The position numbers and the translations under genes are program-made. The notes under the pieces are model-generated. The model was not told where the DNA came from. It worked only from the letters and a program-made list of their open reading frames with translations, and searched no databases. A stretch of DNA of 64,000 bases, taken from the NCBI RefSeq assembly GCF_001194135.2, contig NC_068997.1:19438973-19502972 (forward strand), in the 5' to 3' direction. Positions 37,311 to 49,690 of the stretch are shown here, piece after piece (the first letter of the stretch is position 1; every line of letters begins with the position of its first letter). This DNA is from Octopus bimaculoides. Its lineage: Eukaryota.

Positions 37311-40300
37311 GGCTCTATATGGTTACTCACTTGCTAAATATAGCAGCCAAATATCCCTCTAATTACACTACCCGGTCTTAGAAGAGAAGGACATTCTTTA
37401 GATAATGCAATCCGATATACTCATGAAAAAAATTAGAAGATATATTATTCCTGAATAATAAAAAATAAATAGATCGTCACAGTTGGAACGCCTTTGGTTA
37501 TATGTCTGCTTGACAAGGGCTAACCTAACAATAAGAGGCACTGTCAACCTGTCTTTTCCCAAACAACAAAGGCTCCTTTATGTAGTTGTTCCACTTGCTA
37601 GAAGTAATAGCCAAATCTCTCTGAATCCATACCTTGTGAAAAAAGGAACATGTTAATTACTGAGGTTCATTATTCTTGGAAGAAAGGGTGGGGAACGCAC
37701 AGTTGGGGATTGGAAATATGGCTGCGAGCATGAATCTAAACAACGTAGCTCGCCTTCTAAAGTACTGTTTAGCAGAAAGAAAAGTTGGAAACGTTGCTGT
37801 ATAACTTTTCCAAAGTTTATGTGAAATGAAATAGCTTCAACTGGGGATTGAAACTGCGTCGCAGTATTAATTCTCTTTAGTAATTACCAACTTTTTTTTT
37901 TCTTCTCAGTCCACGAAAAATGTACTAAAAGTACGTAAAGTATTCTTTTCTACTCTAGGCACAAGGCCCAAAATTATGGGGGAGCGGAGAGCAGTCGATT
38001 NNNNNNNNNNNNNNNNNNNNNNNNNNNNNNNNNNNNNNNNNNNNNNNNNNNNNNNNNNNNNNNNNNNNNNNNNNNNNNNNNNNNNNNNNNNNNNNNNNNN
38101 NNNNNNNNNNNNNNNNNNNNNNNNNNNNNNNNNNNNNNNNNNNNNNNNNNNNNNNNNNNNNNNNNNNNNNNNNNNNNNNNNNNNNNNNNNNNNNNNNNNN
38201 NNNNNNNNNNNNNNNNNNNNNNNNNNNNNNNNNNNNNNNNNNNNNNNNNNNNNNNNNNNNNNNNNNNNNNNNNNNNNNNNNNNNNNNNNNNNNNNNNNNN
38301 NNNNNNNNNNNNNNNNNNNNNNNNNNNNNNNNNNNNNNNNNNNNNNNNNNNNNNNNNNNNNNNNNNNNNNNNNNNNNNNNNNNNNNNNNNNNNNNNNNNN
38401 NNNNNNNNNNNNNNNNNNNNNNNNNNNNNNNNNNNNNNNNNNNNNNNNNNNNNNNNNNNNNNNNNNNNNNNNNNNNNNNNNNNNNNNNNNNNNNNNNNNN
38501 NNNNNNNNNNNNNNNNNNNNNNNNNNNNNNNNNNNNNNNNNNNNNNNNNNNNNNNNNNNNNNNNNNNNNNNNNNNNNNNNNNNNNNNNNNNNNNNNNNNN
38601 NNNNNNNNNNNNNNNNNNNNNNNNNNNNNNNNNNNNNNNNNNNNNNNNNNNNNNNNNNNNNNNNNNNNNNNNNNNNNNNNNNNNNNNNNNNNNNNNNNNN
38701 NNNNNNNNNNNNNNNNNNGGCGAGTAGACACATTGTGCTTTGATGCAAAGGAATATGCATGCACCGATATGATGTTTAAAAAAAAAAAAAACCACTCAAG
38801 TTTTGCAAAATATCCTAGCACTTTCCGACTCGCCTCTAAAACTTGCGGCACATTTGTGCTTTAAGTGTGTTTTGCAAACGTCTAATCTAGCAAAAAATCC
38901 AAAATCCAAGGAAACTAATGATTGTGTTAATTGGAAAGTTGGATAAGTATATTCGGCGCGAAGGTTATAAAATCTAACGTTTTCGGGATTAACTTTTCGT
39001 CCGGGAAGGAGGAGGAAAGGTGCCATTGTCACCCTCAATAATTGGTCGTTTAAAGCCCAGGAGAGCACAAAACGTACCGAGGGGCCGTACGTTTGATTCT
39101 TTATCATCAGCACTGCAATGAGATATGAGTTAAAATAATTGATTCTCCAATGGCACAGTCTATCTGGCTGTACATAGTTCCACAGCTCTGAAACAATTTA
39201 CTGTTGTTGATCCTTAAATATGATCTTGCTGTGACCAGTGGATTGGATCAAATCCTAAACTATGTCACTGCGAAGCGGATTTCTCAACTATATAGCGATT
39301 AGTGGGAAGACATAAATTAGAAAGAGCTACAGCCAGTAGGAAAATCGCATGCGACGTAACTGGGCGCGAGACGAGAAGGATAAGGGTTCGGATTTAAGTA
39401 ATCAATGTATCAGTTAAAGATCAGAATAGGAGAAAGAGAGAACACTGGACATGTGAAAGGTGGTAAAGTCGTTGCTGAGCCCTTGGTTGATCAGACATAA
39501 CAGACTTTCCAAAAAATCCTAATCACTACATTGTCCTCGTTTTTCTTCTTCTTTTAAGTGTGAATTAGGGGACGTTTGACTGTTATTTCAAATAGGTCGA
39601 ACGTCCGTGTAAAGATATCCTCGCTGACGAGAGAAAGAAATAGTTGTAGGCTATATTGTTAAATAAAAACTTGTCTATCAGGTTTCGCGGCATTTTTATG
39701 CAACATGATGCTTGTGGCTTTTCTTTGCCATCCTACATATTTTGATTACATGTTAAGATTTATATTTTCATTTTATATAGTTTTTGTATAAATTGTTTTC
39801 CCACCCATTACGACGATTGAAGGCTTACCTACATAAGGTCACATTTGAAAGACAATAAAAGTGTTCAACTCCAGGTCAATACTGATCGAACACGCAAACC
39901 CATTATCAAAAGCATTTTAAGGTTGTTTCTTTTATTTATTATTTAATGACTGCAATATGTGATTTGAACGAAATTTGCTTGCTGTTTCTAGCAAGGCGAG
40001 CAACGGTTTTTTATTTTCCTGGTTAGGGTTTTTGTTACGCCGAAAATGGGTGGTGTACGTATTCTTTACCTCCGCCGGTCAGCCTTCATCGGGCAGCTCT
40101 GTGGTCGAAGGCATCCTAAATGTGACCGTCTCGTCCTTTTGTAAATCTAGGACTACGCTGTGACTAATATGTCCTTCGTTTTATGTGACTGCTGATTGTA
40201 ATTTGTGAGAGATTTGGCAGCTAATTCTCAGAGGATGAGTGACTTACATAGAGCTTCCTCAAAGGTTTTTGTAAATAAAACTGACAGAGGGCTAGGGCCT

Positions 40301-40889
40301 GCGAGGACTGAAAAAGACGAGGACAAATTACTATGTTAATAAAATTTAGATGTTTTTTCGACTTTTATAACTTGTCCAACTCAACTGAGAAGAATGGAGG
40401 ATCCATGAAAAGATCCGAAAGGAATATAAAGATGGAAATTGTATTTAATCTTTTTATAAAGAGTTAGCGTGGGGTATCCCCTAATATTTTGGTGGCGATG
40501 GCAGTTATATAAAGAATTACAAAGAATTAAAATTATAGTTTTAGTAAAAAGAGAGACAAGCTCAAATTTTAATATTGATTAAATGCGAAAAGCAATCAAA
40601 AATGAGTCTCGGACGTCACAGTCAGCGATTCTTTTGCTCTCTCCCACATCCAGGATGGTGCGGTAAATGGGGGGGGGGGTGTCACTGCTTCCGTAGCCGA
40701 ACGGAGCAGAAGTATCAGGACCTGTGGAGTTTGAGACGTTTGGAGGGATTGGGCCACTAACCGCGAGGCGTTTGTTATCGTTGGCGGTTCGCCTCACCGA
40801 AGTATCAGGTGATGCCCCGTGAGGGCGCTTGGCTTTTCCAACGTCTTAGCCTCGCCATTGACCCTGGTAATGCTGCAAGTGCTGGTTTG

Positions 40890-41045
40890 CGATCAATAGG
40901 TCGACTTTGCCTCTCTTCCTTTCGGGGTCGATAAATTAAGTACCAGTTACGCACTAGGGTCGATGTAATCGACTTAATCCCTTTGTCTGTCATTGTTTGT
41001 CCCCTCTATGTTTATCCCCTTGTGGGCAATAAAGAAATAAGAAGC
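40890..41045 (+). mobile_element. SINE family B, 5'-truncated, young
   Basis: ggtcgactttgcct...ggggtcgataaattaagtaccagttacgcactagggtcgatgtaatcgac...gggcaataaagaaataag. Confidence 0.85.
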
Positions 41046-43092
41046 ACTAAGTGCTGTATCGATGTTTCTTTTTTCCATTTTCCTTTTTTCTCTTTCTTTT
41101 CTTTGTAAAAACTGTATTAGTGTACTCCGAACATGTTTCGGTCATACTGGACCTCCTTAACGAATCTTAATTTAACCGTTACTGCCTTTATTAAATGACG
41201 ATAGTATATCGGATTTTTCTGAATGAATGCGTGTCATTATAACACTTTACTAGTGAAATTAACCATTTATCATACATACAATAGTGTGGGTTTCCCAAAT
41301 AGTTAAAAATTGCAACAAGCTGTGTACTATTGATATATAATCCTTAAATAACAAAACTATTTAAAGAACAAAGGTGTGCGTATGGAAATAAACTAGACTC
41401 CACATCAGTGTTACTTATTTTATCAAAGCTCTCGTGATATTTACTGAAAATCGTGGGGTCGAAAAGCTGATGGTTTTAACTTTTTTTTTTTTTTTTTTGA
41501 AATTCTGTAATAGAATTCCAAAAATCATTCAGCGTTACTCATGAAATACTTAACGTTTCTATGTTCAAATCCCAATGCGATCAACTTGAGCCTTTCATCT
41601 TTTAGAGATCGATAAAAATAAAGTGACAGTCAAGAAATTGGGGTAGATTATCAACTAAACCCCTTTTCCTCGAAATTACTGACCCTTCTGCTTAAATTAG
41701 AAACAATTATTATTTGAGACTCATATAGTTAATTTTCTTTTAGAAGTTTAGAACTAATAAACTGTTAGAGATTTTTTTCATTTCGTGAATAAAGGGAAGC
41801 CCGTTTGTGTATCTACCAACCTTGCCTCACTAGTTTATGTCCCGGTTGAAAAGCAGTCATAAAACATCTAGTTAAGGCTAACTTACTTCATATGTTGACT
41901 CGACGAATTTTACAATGTTAAAACATATACACATTTTGAAATAAAAGACACATTCAGCTCATAATTTCATCTGAATAGTGTTTCTTACACTGTATTCCCC
42001 CGTTTACTAGTCAACTATTTTCCCTTCCACGCCCTCCCACAGTATCTGATAAGCAAAAATGTAGTCTTTGTTTACAACAGTTTATTACATAACATTAACG
42101 ACTTTGTAACTAATTTCACAGTAATATCTTTAAAAAAAAATCAACATTAAGGAAAATAAACCTAGCATAAAACAGTGGAGATGATGAGTTGTAAAGAACT
42201 TTTCAACATAGAAAACGATTTCCCCTCACTGGAATTCCTCAATTTCCACCTGCAATCTTGAAATTTCCTCTCGGAGTGGGGAGGAGTTTCCCCACTCCTA
42301 CACACATCTCTGGTTTAAGAATTGCCGAGTTAGAACAAGAAAGAGTTACTGTCTGCAGATTACAGTGAGTTAGTGAAAAGCATAATTAAAAATAAACTGA
42401 ATTAAAAAATAAAAACTTAACCAAACTTCATCGTGTAAAAAAAAAAAGAAAACGAAGTAGGTGTCTTAAAATAGAAAGAAAGTAAAACGAATAGAAACAA
42501 AAACAAAACGGTGTTTGAAAGAGAGTATGAGAAGTTTGGAAGAGAAAATAGAAAATGTTAGTTATAATAAATAATTTAAGAAATAAACTTTTCACCTCTC
42601 ACCTACTTCATAGAAGTTCAGTTTGCTCTTAGCTTCAACACGTTTCATAAACCAACTAACTTCTCTCTTTCTCTCTCACACACATATACATACATACATG
42701 TTCAGGTCTTACTCCGTCTTTTTAATCTTTCTTTTTCTCTTACTCCCTTTCACTCTCTTTCTCACACAGACTTTTTATCCTTTCTCTTTCTCTCACACTT
42801 GCATGAAGACATGCAATTGATCACATATATATACCCATATGTGTGTGTATTATAGATATATACATATATATTATAGTCACAAGTTTAGTGTCTTCCACAC
42901 TCATTAACACTTTTTCTTCTCACCTCACTTCACCCCATACATAAACGGCCATTCAAGTTTACTCAGTTACACACGTCTTTCTGTAATCTCATATGCTCAC
43001 TCCCTTACATATATATACATACTTACACATACACACATGTAACAAACCAGCTTTATCAGCCCAGCATTATTATCTGTACTTGTCTGTGAGAA

Positions 43093-43261
43093 ATGGACGC
43101 AGCCAAGTTAAATATGAAGATAGCGAAAGACTACTTCACCAGTAGTCAAAATATTATTTTATTTCCTTCCAGAGACTTCGGGAAACGGAAATTTATCAGT
43201 TTGAGCTCAGAAAAGCAACGTGTTCAATCGGCGAAGGACACCCAAAACAACATGCGGTCTC
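43093..43261 (+). CDS. Candidate first coding exon, product unknown
   Basis: gagaaATGG start; open frame MDAAKLNMKIAKDYFTSSQNIILFPSRDFGKRKFISLSSEKQRVQSAKDTQNNMRS; phase-1 donor C|GTAAGT; near CpG boundary. Confidence 0.35.
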
Positions 43262-43447
43262 GTAAGTAAACAATCCAAATTATTTTATTATAATTGCAAA
43301 GTTTTGCTTCTTTCGACCAACTACTGTTTTCAGTATTACCAATTTTCAACATCAATTGAAATACCAATGAATCTCTGCATTTCCTTTATAAATATACATA
43401 AAAGTTTGGCAATGCAAACAGGAAAAATAGAACTCAAAACATGTGTG

Positions 43448-43496
<49 letters not shown>

Positions 43497-43914
43497 GCAC
43501 ATATATACACATATATATATTCTAATGTCTTCTTCGTTGGTTTTGATTCCCTAACTATTGCGAAGGAACTGCAGAGATTTGGTAAACGAACATTTTTTTT
43601 TCTTTATTTTCTTTTCTCATTGGCATCAGACTTTGACCTAGTTTCATTTTTGATTGAAAGTATCTTTGGACTGTTTATTTACACGTAAACATAACTAGTC
43701 AATCGACATTTTTACACTCCTTGAGGGGCGATATCGGCTTCAGATTTCAAGCAGCAATTGTCAAACGAAANNNNNNNNNNNNNNNNNNNNNNNNNNNNNN
43801 NNNNNNNNNNNNNNNNNATTCTAACATGATACTTATTTCTGTTTTCAGTATGTATAAACTACATCAAATTATTTGGGCTGCGTTTCTTATTACCTTCTGT
43901 AGTGCGTTCATTTC

Positions 43915-43946
<32 letters not shown>

Positions 43947-44019
43947 ACACACACACACACACCTATGTAATATGTGTAGTGAGTATGTGTAATTATTTTA
44001 ATAGATATAAGTGTTTATT

Positions 44020-44160
44020 TGTGTCGCCATCGTCATTTCTGCGCCGGTTTTTTCCACCCTGGCAGTGGCTGTGCGGAAGTTGTTGAAGCAGTATTCTTCA
44101 ACTAAGCTACCTTCTCAAAGCTGATTTTTTTCTTGTTGTTGTTATTGTTTTTAAAGTAAG
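44020..44160 (+). promoter_or_regulatory. Candidate promoter / non-coding first exon
   Basis: CpG-dense unique sequence, ETS-like GCGGAAGT, donor AAA|GTAAGG at ~44156, just before the CpG-depleted block. Confidence 0.25.
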
Positions 44161-45739
44161 GCAGTTTATTCCGCAACTTCATATGAATTGTCGAACTTTT
44201 TGTGTGGGGGGACCAGGCATAAACGCAATCTCGGCTAGCTAAACCTAATTGTTGCACACATACTTGCATGTGCACACACGAAAACGCACACGTGTGTGTG
44301 CGCGCGTCCTTAGGTATCTGGAAAGCCTAGCGGTAGACTAAGAACCAGATGGTTGGATATTATCCATAGTCTCAGTTGGTCATGCTTGAGAATCCATTCG
44401 CAAAGTCTAATGAAGCTGCTTCTGATAGGACCCAATAAAGGAGTCCTCTATCTCCACAAACATCCCAAGAATTGTGGGCTGCGCAGAGAAGATAGCTAGC
44501 TAGATATGTTTATATGTACACATGGACAGAATTTTGGAATAAATGTACTGTGTGTCCGTCATGAGAAAGGAAACGGGTAATTTTCAGTTTTTTTGGCATT
44601 TTCCTTCCCCCACTCCACCCTACTTTGGTAACATTTTCCTTTCCATGAGAGACATCTGACTGAAAACTCACACACAATACACAACAGGCCTCCACACGGC
44701 TTCCAGCCACTAAATTTCACCTCAAGCCACCTATCAACCTGTGGCCACAAAAGAAGCACCAGCTCGATGTGCCCGCCCCCCTGCACACTCACACACACAC
44801 AGCAGGCGCTCATGCGGCAAATTTTGCCCTTAAAGCACCAGTATGCATGCGACCACAACAAATAATCACTTGCTCAAGGAAACAAACTCAAAACCAGGTG
44901 ATTGCAAAACGAATTTCAAATATTTAAAGTCAAACAAGTAAATGAAAAATTACTTCATTGTTGAGCAGATTCTAAATATATCATTGGCTATTGTGGGACA
45001 TGCCATTGCCAGACAAACATTGAAGTCACAGCTACTCTGCATTTCAGTCTAATAATAATAATAATAATTATAAATTTATTCATTTTTTTTGCTTGTTAAA
45101 TTTTGTCCATATTTGGGCATCAAATTCAAGGATTTTAGTTGACCCTACCCTCTTTTAATACTATTTCTGGTGCTTTGGATTGCATTACCTATGTTCAGTC
45201 GTTTGCTAGATGAAGGCATCAGCATGTTCTATCCGCCAACCATGGTTTGATGTAGAGGCCATGAATTTGAGCTTGAGTTTATACTCATTAGATGAGCCTA
45301 CTCTGCTACACTTGCTTGAGGAGTGCAGTTTTTACATTCTTACCTAGGAGGAGTCAAGTCGATTACATTGACCCCAGTGCTCAGCTGGTATTTTATTGAC
45401 CCCCAACAGGAAGAAATGCAAAGTCAGCCTTGATGGAATTTGAACTCAGAACCTAAGGACATGAAATACCACTAAGCATTTTGCCCAGAATCCGGCATGC
45501 TAGCAATTCCACCAGCTCACCATCTGGTACTTACTTTATTAATATTGTCAGGAATAAAGTGCATGTTGTACTTGACATTAAAATATAACCCAGACAGGCT
45601 TAAATGCTGGTATTTTTATGTAGTCATGGCTTAATGGTGAAGATGTTCCCCTCAACTTCTTGGTTCCAAGCTTTGCTGCACTGCAGGTGCCCTCTACTAC
45701 AATCTTCATAGTACTGGTCGCATAAGAAAGGCAGTTAAT

Positions 45740-46220
45740 ACATGCTGTAAAGAGGTTGGTATCAGAATGGCATCCAGCTGTAGAAACCATACCAAAGTAG
45801 ATAGTGGAGCATGAGGCAGTCCTTAAAAGCCTTTGGATCCTGTGAAACCATCCAGTCCATGCAACATAGAAAGTGATATTAAATGATAATGATATATATC
45901 AACCACTGTAGAGTGGTTGGCATTAGGAAGGTCATCCAGCCATGGAGACCACATTAAAGCTGATATTGGAACTAGATACAGTCCTGCAGTCCACCAGATC
46001 TTGTCAGACCATCCAACCCATACCAGCCTGGAAAATAGACATTAAATGATGATGTTATATAGTGCTGGTGCCACGTAAAGCAGCACACAGCCAACCCTGT
46101 AAAGTGGTTAGTATTAGGAAGGGCCCCAAAAAACCATGCCAGAACAGTCAGTGGAGCTTGGTACAGTCCTCCGGTTTGCCAGTATGGAAAACAGATGTTA
46201 AATGAGGATGATGATGATAC
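45740..46220 (+). mobile_element. Three decayed RTE-type 3' tails in tandem
   Basis: Repeated gtggttggcattaggaagg...ccatccaacccat...gttaaatgatgatg units. Confidence 0.7.
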
Positions 46221-46767
46221 ATANNNNNNNNNNNNNNNNNNNNNNNNNNNNNNNNNNNNNNNNNNNNNNNNNNNNNNNNNNNNNNNNNNNNNNNNNNNNN
46301 NNNNNNNNNNNNNNNNNNNNNNNNNNNNNNNNNNNNNNNNNNNNNNNNNNNNNNNNNNNNNNNNNNNNNNNNNNNNNNNNNNNNNNNNNNNNNNNNNNNN
46401 NNNNNNNNNNNNNNNNNNNNNNNNNNNNNNNNNNNNNNNNNNNNNNNNNNNNNNNNNNNNNNNNNNNNNNNNNNNNNNNNNNNNNNNNNNNNNNNNNNNN
46501 NNNNNNNNNNNNNNNNNNNNNNNNNNNNNNNNNNNNNNNNNNNNNNNNNNNNNNNNNNNNNNNNNNNNNNNNNNNNNNNNNNNNNNNNNNNNNNNNNNNN
46601 NNNNNNNNNNNNNNNNNNNNNNNNNNNNNNNNNNNNNNNNNNNNNNNNNNNNNNNNNNNNNNNNNNNNNNNNNNNNNNNNNNNNNNNNNNNNNNNNNNNN
46701 NNNNNNNNNNNNNNNNNNNNNNNNNNNNNNNNNNNNNNNNNNNNNNNNNNNNNNNNNNNNNNNNNNN

Positions 46768-46982
46768 GGGGATGCTGAAAAGTTCTTGGCTTTAAGGATA
46801 TTGCAAAGGGTCTGGTTGGGGAACCAACCTTCTGAGTTCTTTTACAGGGTTTAGAAAAATAACGGACTGCTGCATTAAGTGTATGAATCTGAGAGAGGAA
46901 TCTGTTAAAGAAACTCATAATTAACTGCTCCTCTTGTATTTTCTTTTACTCAAAGCCAGGAATTTTTCAGCACCTCCTCGTA
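46768..46982. mobile_element. Tc1/mariner-derived MITE
   Basis: TIR pair (gap)GGGGATGCTGAAAAGTTCTTGGCTTT / AAAGCCAGGAATTTTTCAGCACCTCCTCG followed by TA. Confidence 0.8.
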
Positions 46983-47167
46983 TACGTTTCTGTTAAAAGA
47001 ATCGATGTTTTCGGTAATAAATGCACAAACATACCTCGACATACATCGTTCCAAGTTACATCTTTTTTGACTTCATCATCTTTTTCTTTTAAAGAAATTA
47101 ATGGAATAAACCAAGTTCAACTAAAGTCAATTTATCTGGCTTTACATTGATTTCAGCAAACATAGGC

Positions 47168-47535
47168 GCAGGTGTGGCTGGGTGGTAAGAAGCTTGCTTT
47201 CTAACCACATGGTTCCAAGTTCAGTTTCACTGTGTGGCACCTTGGGCAAGTGCCTTCTAGTATAGCCTTGAGCCAAACAAATCCTTGTGAGTGGATTTGG
47301 TTGACGGAAACTGAAAGAAGCCCATTGTATGTGTGTGTATACACATCTGTGTTTGTCCTCCATCACCGCTTGACACAACTGGTGTGGGTGTGTTTATGTT
47401 TTTGTAACTTAGCAATAGAATAAGTACCTGGCTTAAAGAAAAAAAATAAGCGCTGCGTTCAATTCATTCAGCTAAAAATTCTTCAAGGTGGTGCCCCTGC
47501 ATGGCTACAGTCTAATGACTGAAATGAAATAAGTA
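47168..47535 (+). mobile_element. SINE family A
   Basis: Homology to 11157-11560. Confidence 0.8.
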
Positions 47536-47639
47536 AAAGATATTTAAAAGAATAAAAATATTTAAAAAACCCAAAACTTAATACTGAAGTGGAAAAATCA
47601 AATACGATGCATGTGAAAATATGTACAACCCACTTATTT

Positions 47640-47865
47640 ATTTCTTTACTGCCCACAAGGGGCTAAACATAGATGGGACAAATGAGGACAAAGGGATTAA
47701 GTCGATTACATTGACCCCAGTATGTAACCGGTACTTATTTAATTAACCCCAAAAAGATGAAAGGAAAAGTCAACCTCAGCGGAATTTGAACTCGGAGCGT
47801 AACAGCAGACGAAATACTGCTAAGCATTTTGCCCGGCATGCTAATGATTCTGCCAGCTTGCTACC
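47640..47865 (-). mobile_element. SINE family B
   Basis: Homology to 63395-63622. Confidence 0.85.
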
Positions 47866-48001
47866 CTCCAGACATGAGCTAATGAATTTAAAAAGAATTT
47901 TTTTCATGTTGTCCTTTTCCAAGTCAAGTTACATATCTTGGAGCCAGTTACTGGCTTAACTTGAATTATGTCTGTATTTAAATGGAAATATGAACACTTA
48001 C

Positions 48002-48082
48002 ATCCTGCGTTATATTAAGGTCAACAGCAGTAATTCCATAGACATACATTTGCCAATTATGCCAAATATTCATTATATTTTT
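48002..48082 (-). CDS. Candidate 81-nt exon, product unknown
   Basis: cattag| (weak) acceptor, GAT|GTAAGT donor; phase 0-0 open: KNIMNIWHNWQMYVYGITAVDLNITQD. Confidence 0.2.
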
Positions 48083-48109
48083 CTAATGATTTATGGCACT
48101 TTAACTAAC

Positions 48110-48425
48110 TGGCACCCTCCATTGATCGCGATAAGGGTTCCAGTTGATCTGATCAACGGAACAGCCTATTCGTGAAATCAGTGTGCAAATGGCTGAGCAT
48201 TCCACAAGCATGCATAGCCTTAACATAGTTCTTAGGGAGATTAAGCATAGCACACCGAATGTGAAAAAGCTGGCCCTTTGAATTACAGGTACAATTCATT
48301 TTTGCCAGCAGAGTGGACTGGCGCAATGTGAAATAAAATGTGTTGCTCAGGAATACAACACACCACCAGGAATCGAATTCATGACTTCACAATTATTAGC
48401 TGAATACCTGAACCACAAAGTCACC
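48110..48425 (-). mobile_element. SINE family D, decayed
   Basis: Reverse complement of 13283-13665 (agggttccagttgatctgatcaacggaacagcc). Confidence 0.8.
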
Positions 48426-49046
48426 TTTCTTCACCAGTATGGCATTTTGTTGAAAAACAGTCCATCAAAATACAATTGATCAAAATCAAGCAATTGGTCG
48501 GTCATACTTGCTCAAATCAACAATTTAATTACAGAACTGTTCAAATTATATCAAATGGACGGTCAACATCTATTGACAAGGTTGCAAAAGCAGCGAAAAT
48601 TTTGGAAGAAAAAATATAAATGATAAATGAGTGGAAATTGAAGAGACATTAATATAAACTACACCAGTTTTTTAGATTGTACATATCTGCACACATACCC
48701 ACAACTTACATGCGTGTGCATATGCATGCACAAACTATTCTGTAATAAATTGTCACGGTGTCAGTCGCTCTCTGACAGGTTTATGATTGAGCCTGTAGCA
48801 GTGGAGACTTCCAGCATTCTCGGACCTCCAGACCATATCCCTGCTCACTGCTATCAGGGCAAAGATGGCTATCTACAAGTGTGAACCCTGTGAATCAGAA
48901 TGGCTGTTCCAGTGCATCTTCATCTCTATCCTCTAAGGCAACACCTTTTCCATTTTGTCTGCTGGGACCATGAGGTGATTTGAATTACTGGAAACTGTAT
49001 GCTCCACTCCTTAATGTAAATTTACTATGAAAAATAGTCACAATGT

Positions 49047-49479
49047 TTAACTCTTAAACATTCAGTTTACTTTGTTAAATGTAACACTTATTTATTCAGA
49101 CTATTCATGCATTATCGCATAGCTTTGAGATTTTGATTGAGAGATTGTCTGCTTTTAGTGTGACATTGTAGGGTAGGTGTGAGAAATTCTATTGGCCAGT
49201 TTGAACATAAAGTAAATGGAATATTTTGGCTGGATATAGCCGGTTTACCCTGTCAAATGTAATACTTATTTATTCAGATTACCCTATCAAATGTAATATT
49301 TATTCACGTTTTGAATTAATCATGCATTATCTCATAGCTTCGAAATTTTGATGATATGATTGTATATTTTTAGAATGACATTGTAGAGTAGATGTGAGAG
49401 GCCAGATCTGGCTAGTTTGAGCATAAAATAGGTTGAATATTTGGGCCAGGTATGGCCTGTTTAAATGCTAAAGGGTTAA
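49047..49479. mobile_element. piggyBac-like MITE with internal tandem duplication
   Basis: TTAA ends, right TIR AATGCTAAAGGG-TTAA; body present about twice. Confidence 0.65.
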
Positions 49480-49499
49480 AAAAAGGAAAGGAATATTCT

Positions 49500-49690
49500 T
49501 TTTTATTCTAGGTACAAATTTTTGGGGAGGGGAGCCAGTTGATTAGATCGACCCCAGTACGCAACTGGTACTTAATTTATCGACCCTGAAAGGATGAAAG
49601 GCAAAGTCGACCTCTGCAGAATTTGAAGACAGACAAAATACCATTAAGCATTTTGCTCAGCATGCTAATGTTTCTGCTAGCTCACCACTT
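49500..49690 (-). mobile_element. SINE family B
   Basis: Family B homology. Confidence 0.8.

Noticed and set aside
43165-43195. Neuropeptide precursor (DF-amide, GKR)
   Set aside because: No signal peptide or repeated peptide units; a single DFGKR is not diagnostic
30838-43261. Shared ATGCGGTCT at two candidate exons (30839 and 43252) as duplicated gene starts
   Set aside because: Only 9 bp of identity with unrelated flanks
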